Source: Eledone cirrhosa
Taxonomy: Eukaryota
Direction of reading: 5' to 3'
DNA: 64,000 nucleotides
Assembly (NCBI GenBank): GCA_964016885.1
Contig: OZ024741.1
Location: 392,522,001-392,586,000, forward strand
Part shown: in pieces, positions 56,750-64,000 of the stretch
Position numbering within the stretch: position 1 is the stretch's first letter
Layout of the letters: each line of letters begins with the position of its first letter
Notes under the pieces: generated by a model
What the model saw: only the letters and a program-made list of their open reading frames with translations
Told to the model about the DNA's origin: nothing
Database searches by the model: none
Translations under genes and position numbers: made by a program

Positions 56750-56960
56750 ATGTGTTGTATCTATAGGACCTGGAACAAACGCATTGTATTCAAGAACTTC
56801 TGTTGGACCGCTGACAATGTTCTTGTGTTGTTCTCCAAAGTAGAAACAAGGATCAATTTTCAACTTCTCTCTTGGTAATAAACTTTCCAGCACAGGTGAA
56901 TGGCTATCTGGTGGGCCAAATTTTAATCGTCCATGCTCTCCTCCAAGCATGAAACGAAGA
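56750..56960 (-). CDS. RyR: RyR exon: SLRFMLGGEHGRLKFGPPDSHSPVLESLLPREKLKIDPCFYFG...FVPGPIDTTH
   Basis: ttttag acceptor, CAT|gtatga donor, 211 nt, phase 2->0. Confidence 0.97.
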
Positions 56961-57059
56961 CTAAAAAATAACAAAAAAAATGATTGCATATAAAAACTAT
57001 TGCATATATATAAATATTTTACACTGTAAAAAATAGTTGAAAAAATGATAAATACATCA

Positions 57060-59945
57060 CAGAAATAATTTCTTTATTGGGCACAAAGGGCCTACATGCA
57101 GGGGACAATACAATAGACAAGGACAGTGGGGGCTTACATATATAACGTGTAAAATATATAAATAGCAATAACAAAATAACAAGAAAAATACAACAATGAA
57201 AATTCCTCAATAGGGGAGATAACCACTCAAGGGGTGATTCAGGTACCCACCAATCCTGAGTCACCCGGTGCTTTGAGGGCATCCAGGAAGGGCATCCCTC
57301 TGCTTCTCAAATTAACCAGTCTACATGCGCATGCTCAGAGTAGGCTCATTCACATGGGCAATTCTTATCACATTCATCTACTTTTTAGCAAATGTACTGG
57401 AGGGCAGCTTTTCTCTCTCCACTTTCACCTTCCTTCTTTCCAAGTGAATCTTGAAAAAATTGATGAGAGAATGGCTGAAGTGTCTGTCTTCAGTCCTTTC
57501 AAACTGGTCCACCACACAACCTCTTTCACTACTGCCACCAGTCAGGAGAGCTGCCTGCCCTTCCCAGCCAAAAGAAGGCAGCGGGTCGATCTTCACTAAG
57601 GACTCAGTCGATAACCAGATCTGTTCTACATATGACAACAGCTGTTCGACATAACTCCACAAGTCAGCAATGCATGGACACTGGACGAGTGCATGCAGAA
57701 TGGTTTCATTGCTCTGCGTGCATCTCAGGTAGGTCCATCTGACAACACTTCCATGCCTGTAGAGTTTATCTTGAACCGGCAGTGCCCCATGGTAGCACTG
57801 CCAAGTGATGGATTTCTGGGAGTTGTCCATAGTTACCAGCTCAAAAGTCCTCCGGAACAGACTGGTCAGTCAAATTGGCCGATGCCGAGAGCCTCTCTGA
57901 GTGCGTGGTCACAGTTGCCCACCACTAATCCTCTATAGAAGTCAAGAGTGGAAGTTCCACTGACTGCATTGCCCACCTGGTAGAAATCTGTGAGAGCCTG
58001 GCAACATTCCAGATGCCAGGCCTCCAACCTCGGTCTCTTCTTGATCCAGGACTACAGCTCAGTCAAAGAGATGAGTTTCGGAAAGGCTCATCTGACAAGC
58101 GGTGACCACACCTGTTCAATGTTTAAGCAGAATATCTGGAGATCCCACAGCCTCAGTTCATGTTTGTGTATCATTAGTCATGTGATACCCAGCCCTCCAC
58201 ATAGAGGGTGCTGGCAGCAGATGGACTGCCTCACCAATAAAGTCTGTCCCCTCCACAAGAAGTTGAAGATGAGCTGCTCCATTTTGGTGAGCCGTGAATG
58301 AGGGCAAGGCATGATGGTCAAGCGGTAGTAGATGATGGACACAATGTACACCTCTCTCCTCCCTTCTGCATGTGTACATTGTATGCATACAGAAGGGAGG
58401 AGAGAGGACACACTTAATGGACAGATCAGGAGATCTGAAACGGTTCCGAAAGGTGGCCATTAACTTTGACCACCGAGCAGATGCTGCTGTGCATTGCAAC
58501 GATCCAGCCTCTGAAGACGGGACCAAAGCCAGCTGCCTTGAGGACATCCTCAAAATATTGATGGCTCACCCTATTGAAAGCTTTCAATTGATCTAAATTG
58601 ATCAGAGACCCACTGAAGCCAAGTTTACACCCTACCCTCTCTATGATGTATCATATGAGGTGGAGGTTGTCCTGTATGGGCCTGGTCAGGATTGCGCAAG
58701 TGTGTGGCTTCCCTACCAAATCCTTGATGACAAGTACCAACCTCTTTGCTAACACCTTGGCCAAAATCTTAAACTCTGTGTTCAGCAGAGTTATGAGCCT
58801 GAAATTATCTAATGTGTTCCTCTTCTTCTTGTTTTTCCTCATCAGTATCACTACACCCCAGCTCACGGAACTGGGAATATTCCCGTTCTGCTGCCAGTAG
58901 CTGTAGAGCACTTTGATGAGATCAGGGAACAACCGTGGCATATCTACGTAAAGCTTGTAGGGCAGACCATCCAAACTGGCTGACTTGTGTCTTGTGCAGC
59001 TGACTCCGGAATGTTGGCTGAAGTTATCGGCCCTTTGCAGCACTTGGCATCGGTTATCAAGAGATGGTCTAGTGCCATTCTCACTGCTAGCAAGTCAGTT
59101 GCAATGCCACTACAAACAGCATCATCTAATTTAGCTACCGGCTCCTTTCTATTTTTCTCTAACGCTACTTCTTTGCTAAACCCTATTGACATTACTCTAA
59201 TCTCTCTTTTGAGAGCCCCTTACCACCTGTTGTTGACGACCCCCTCCTGTCAACTTTTGCTTGACTAAATTGTTGATCTGTTCCCTGTAGACGTTACATG
59301 CTGGAAATGACATTTTCAGCTTCCAGAAACCAGGTCCTAACCAACGTGTCTTATCTAGGTTGACCATACAGATCACAGACTTGTGATCTTAATAGGTGAC
59401 CATTTGAAAATGTGGACAGCCTACACTATTCCTATATATTTTCCTAATGAAAAACCTATCTATATACGATCTAGATGACCCCATGTGGTTGGTCTAGGAT
59501 CACAATGGTGCATTGGGGAAATCCAGTCAGTACCTGTCAGACAGTTGGAACTAGCTGATCAGGTATTTGAGGCTTTTGCATCCCCGCTCTTATCAGCTAC
59601 TTCCACACAATCCCAGTGTGCATCTAAGATGCCATTCCAGTCCCCCACTAACAGTAAAGGGTGAGATGTTTCCAGACGCCCAAAGAAGTCCAGCTGTCCA
59701 ACTCCGGTATGACCATAGACATACCCCACTCTAAAAGCACTACCTTCACTATTGTTCCCATCCAGGACCACCAACTTACCATCCAGGTCCCAGGAGATCA
59801 ACCCTATTTTAAGATCCAGGCCTTTCCTTAATGGCACTGCCTCCTTATCGCCTGAGGTCTTGTGGAGGTCTTCAATAAATCTGGTATTTCTACTAAACAC
59901 AGGCATTGCAATCTCAGCAACTGAAGAACATTAGGTAGCAAGTAA
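57060..59945 (-). mobile_element. Tx1/L1-group LINE relic (APE endonuclease, RT, C-terminal Cys motif, 3' end), frameshifted with internal deletion
   Basis: LLLVGDWNGILD; DGLPYKLY..NFRLITLLNTEFKILAKVLAKRL..IQDNLHLI; HGALPVQDKL..ETILHALVQCP; AATAAA at 57073-57078 on the minus strand. Confidence 0.92.
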
Positions 59946-60130
59946 CTTGAACCAATTCTTGGGATGCTATTCGTTAATAAATTGATTTTTAAAAAGCCAG
60001 ACTAACCTCTTCTATGTTGCTATCAAAATAATATAGTAATGATTAAGAAAAATAATGAAATTGATATGAAGGATAAACATTTAGAAATTTCCTGAAATTT
60101 AAAAGTCAGAGCAATTAATGTTTATCATAC

Positions 60131-60320
60131 CTGACTCTTGCTGACATGCTGACCACAGGAAAAAACATTCCATCAGTGTTGAAATCTTTAAACACACCAT
60201 TGACTTTATTTCCATTTACAGTAAAGGAAATTTGAGGAATACTTAAATCTAAAGCACAGCCGATGGTGTGTCCTTTCTGAAAAACATGACTCTCATGTCG
60301 AACTTGTTTGGGTTTTCCAG
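60131..60320 (-). CDS. RyR: RyR exon, SPRY1: AGKPKQVRHESHVFQKGHTIGCALDLSIPQISFTVNGNKVNGVFKDFNTDGMFFPVVSMSARV
   Basis: tttag acceptor, AG|gtatga donor, 190 nt, phase 1->2. Confidence 0.97.
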
Positions 60321-60957
60321 CTAAATATAAAAGAATAATATAAAATGAAACAGAACAGAAGAAAATAGAATCTTGCACCAATATATAGGGATATACCAAT
60401 ATATAGTGATATATCAAACTACACTGCTATGCCAAAATATGATATACCAATATCATAAAGTATAGAGAAATAATCAGATTACAGGGGTATGCCAAAATGT
60501 AGGAATATACCAAAAATATGCTTTCATGTTACAATATTGGCATGTTGTCCAGTATGTCCCTGTATACCTGATGATACAGACTAGATGAATATTGCTTAAA
60601 AACAACATATACCAAATGTCTGTACTTTAATGTGTCATCACAGTGTTTGGGGCTAATGAAGCTATTGAAGGTGCTGCTATTTTTGTTTGTATATGTTAGT
60701 TTTTTAATATCTGTCTAGGCAAAGTAGGATAGATAGTATAATAAGTATGCTGCTAAAGTAGTGATCTAGAGTGATTGCTCTTGTAGTGGCTGAGACTGTG
60801 AGCAATGGGGTTTACTGTGACAACAAACTATGCTCCTTGCAGTTCTTGGGAGACTTGTGCTACTGGAAATGGTGTTATTAGTGATAATGAGTATTATTAA
60901 TGATAAATATCAATTATGTATCCTTCTTTGTTAACAAATTTACAAGACTATATTTAC

Positions 60958-61196
60958 CTGTCCACAAGTTAACCCCATCAAAGGCATATGAATAGAGATC
61001 GTCTCCAACTCCATTGGCACCCCAGTGTTCACCACCTCCAGGATAAGGAACAAAACCTTCAGTATTTCCCCAACCAATGCGAAGGACAGGTGTTTGGTGT
61101 GTACATTGTTCAACAAATGCAATAACCACTTCAAAATACCATTTTTTATACATGGCTGACCCTTCATGTAAGCCAACATAGGTATTAGGCTTCATG
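60958..61196 (-). CDS. RyR: RyR exon, SPRY1: [24 protein letters not shown]...[39 protein letters not shown]
   Basis: cag acceptor, G|gtaaat donor, 239 nt, phase 2->1; hallmark [25 protein letters not shown]. Confidence 0.98.
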
Positions 61197-62257
61197 CTGT
61201 AAATAAAGATTCATGTTTAATAAGCATTCGCACAGATCAAGGTTTACAATTAAAATATACCTATATTGAGCAAACTCTCATTACATTTGAAACAAATTTC
61301 AAACAAAATTAAATAATAGAGAAATTCTTAGCACAAAAGAAATCAGAGGAAAAACGTTTGATATATAAATACACAAATTAAAAGATTTCTTTTTCTTTTT
61401 AAATAATTGTTATATTAAAAACATTTTTTTTTTGTTCTTTCTTTAAATATGAAATATAATGTGCATTTCTTAAACAAAAAAAAAAAAAATCATTGAAATA
61501 TTTTATTCGAATTGATACTTCTATTTAACAGAGAGGAATAAGTTTTGCAATATTTATCTTCCTATAGACTTGCAATCTACTTTACTGACTATGAGAACTA
61601 ATGATAAGTGCAAAAGAATAGCAATTGTAACATTCTCCCAGTCTTCCTAGCCAGAATCTGCTATGATCACAATCAGAATTTATGGGTATGCAACAAGCCA
61701 ACAAGTGAACCATGACATGAGTTAACATAGTCGTTCAACCTGCTGGAAATAGTAACTAAATAACCTTTGAATCACACACCATCATCTTAAAATAAGGATA
61801 TATTTGATAATGTAGTCCTAAGATCATAGCTGGAACAGTTTTGATTATAAGTCTGCTTGATCAGGGTTAGTCTGATGCTAAAAAATAACCACAACTTAGG
61901 TGTACAGAAGCATACTAGACATTGAGGAAATGAAGAATGTCCAAACTATCCCACTGGACACTGAATGATTCACTATTTCATGTTGGAATGGACAATGTAG
62001 TTCTCAGTCAGGTGAATTATATATATATATATTAGCTACATATAAAAATGAGAAAACTCACCACTAGAACAGCCAATAAAACAGCTAAATGCTGTCAAAG
62101 ACAACAATGGGAAAAAATGCCACAGGACAGAGACGAGTGGTCAGTGGTCAACAAAGAGACAATCCTTGAGGTGGGTGATAGGCAGATGAAATATAGAAAA
62201 GATTGAGAGAGGAGGAGGACAGGGAGAAGTGTGTTGGCACACAGAAGTGATTGGAAG

Positions 62258-62304
<47 letters not shown>

Positions 62305-62599
62305 TACCTCCCATGCCCTAACACGCCACCTACATTTGATCACACCACCCTTCTCCCATGCTTTTACACCCCTGCCTCAGTTCCCAGTTCACACTGTAAA
62401 GCGGTCATGTAGGTGTCACAACAAAAAGCACCCAGCAGACACTGTAAATGTTTTTGCCATTAGTAAGGGCATCCAGCTGTAGAAACCAAGCCAGAAAGAG
62501 TACTGTATGAACAAGACATAGTCACCTGACCTGACTTGCCTCAAATGGGACAGTCTGTCTAACTCATGCCAGCCTGGAAAATGGACATTAAACGATAGT

Positions 62600-63213
62600 C
62601 CCCTCTATATATATTGTATTTTAAAGAGCCCAGGAAAACTCTTTCCTTTGAGCTCATTGAATTACAGGATTTTACGCGAGTCCATTGCTCCATTATTTTA
62701 CTTGATATTTGTTCCTTGCGTTCTCTCTGCTGTCGAGCACCATAAATTGAATGGTATAGGCTGCCATTTCTAGCAGCTTGTTCTGTTCATACCACCGGTC
62801 ACTGCCTTGTGTACGTATTTCCCTTCTGTTTACACGTGCGACAGGTGGTTACTATAGTTCTCTCTTTAGTAGTGTGGACAATATCGGTCTTTGCACATGC
62901 TGATGACCCACTGGGCCGAATTGGAACCCATTATATGGCGAAACAATCTCTTAGGGAGTTTGTACAAGTGTGATTTAGTTATGAGGTTGGTTTCTCATTT
63001 TCATTTATCCTTTTAATTATTATGTTTCTCCTAAACCTCTCTTAGCTTATATTCTCTTCACGCTGGTGGTTTAACATCCTGTAAATGAAAACACACTCTC
63101 CAGTGTTTTTCCTCCCTATATATATTGTATTTTAAAGTGCCCAGGAAAACTCTTTCCTTTGAGGTCATTTAATTACAGGATTATACGCGAGTCCTTTACT
63201 CCGTTATTTTACT
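62600..63213 (+). mobile_element. Retrozyme-like / Penelope pseudo-LTR partial tandem unit (period ~511 bp) carrying a hammerhead
   Basis: ~100-bp imperfect direct repeats at ~62600-62702 and ~63113-63213, no ORF, hammerhead at 62891. Confidence 0.65.
62891..62973 (+). ncRNA. Type I hammerhead ribozyme motif with extended helices II and III
   Basis: CTGATGA 62900-62906, GAAA 62940-62943, helix III ACAA/TTGT with TCTC/GGGA extension, GTA triplet 62962-62964, helix I TTGCACATG/CAAGTGTGA (one mismatch). Confidence 0.8.
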
Positions 63214-63711
63214 ATATATATATATACACCCTTGCAAGCAGGGAAAAGCGGACGTAAAATGATGATGATGATGATGATGATACACACATACAATGGGCTT
63301 TCTTGCAGTTTCCATCTACCAAATTCATTCACAAGGAATTGGTTGGCTGAAGACTATAGTAAAATATACATGCCCAAGATGCTGTGCTGTGCCATTGAAC
63401 TTGAAACCATGTGGTTGTGAAACAAAATGCTTAACCACACAGCCATGCTTATGTGTGTATATCTAATTTTACTCCTGTCCAAAACCTCTGTTGTTTATCT
63501 TGTGTCCTGTTATGTCTTATAACTTAGTGGTTCAACAAACAGAGATCGATAAAATAAATAATACAGTCAATGTAATTGACTAAACCATTGAAGGTGTTGT
63601 CCAAGCATGGCTATAACTCAATAACTGAAACCAGTAAAAGAAAAACGGTATGTATACACTTATCTTTATTGATTGCAATAAACATCTAAACATATAATTT
63701 TGGAGTTTTAC

Positions 63712-63845
63712 CTAGTCACATGATCAACAAGTTTTGTCTGCAGCAAAAGATCTCTTCCAGGAAGCAAATTGTCACAGATTAGATTTTGGTTTGTACGGAC
63801 AGCAATACCATTACCAACACACAAAGATCGAAGTACATCCAGAAC
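63712..63845 (-). CDS. RyR: Ryanodine receptor exon (first in window; end of N-terminal solenoid): [44 protein letters not shown]
   Basis: ttacag acceptor, AG|gtaaaa donor, 134 nt, phase 0->2; matches the RyR motif VLDVLxSLCVxNGxAVRxNQxLIxxNLLPGRxLLLQT; not in the ORF track. Confidence 0.96.
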
Positions 63846-64000
63846 CTGTAAGTAAATGCAAGAAAACAACATTAAAAATTATATTGATGTTTGAATTTCT
63901 ACCTTTGCATTTCTTTATAGTTAATGATTGGCAGTATCGGTAGAGGGTCGGACGCCAGGCGGTGGATTGGCAGTATCGGTAGAGGGTCGGACGCCATGCT

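Overview
Eukaryotic, AT-rich, microsatellite-dense genomic DNA, most likely a coleoid cephalopod such as Octopus (inferred from the repeat landscape, not proven). The whole window lies inside a minus-strand ryanodine receptor (RyR) gene. I chained 18 GT-AG exons (63845 down to 35565; 2296 nt) into one uninterrupted frame covering the end of the N-terminal solenoid, SPRY1, Repeat1/2, SPRY2 and the start of SPRY3. The next ~35 kb holds only short, mostly symmetric phase-1 candidate exons and microexons, which likely encode the divergent region 2 (DR2) linker. The introns carry RTE, Tx1/L1-like, CR1-like, HERO-like and Penelope-like retroelement relics, two tRNA-derived SINE families, mariner relics and MITEs. 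The most notable hidden signal is a set of eight clear and several degenerate type I hammerhead-ribozyme motifs. Most sit in fold-back or partial-tandem non-coding units resembling Penelope pseudo-LTRs or retrozymes, and three of the clear ones lie on the RyR pre-mRNA strand. Most ORFs in the supplied track are microsatellite or repeat artefacts.
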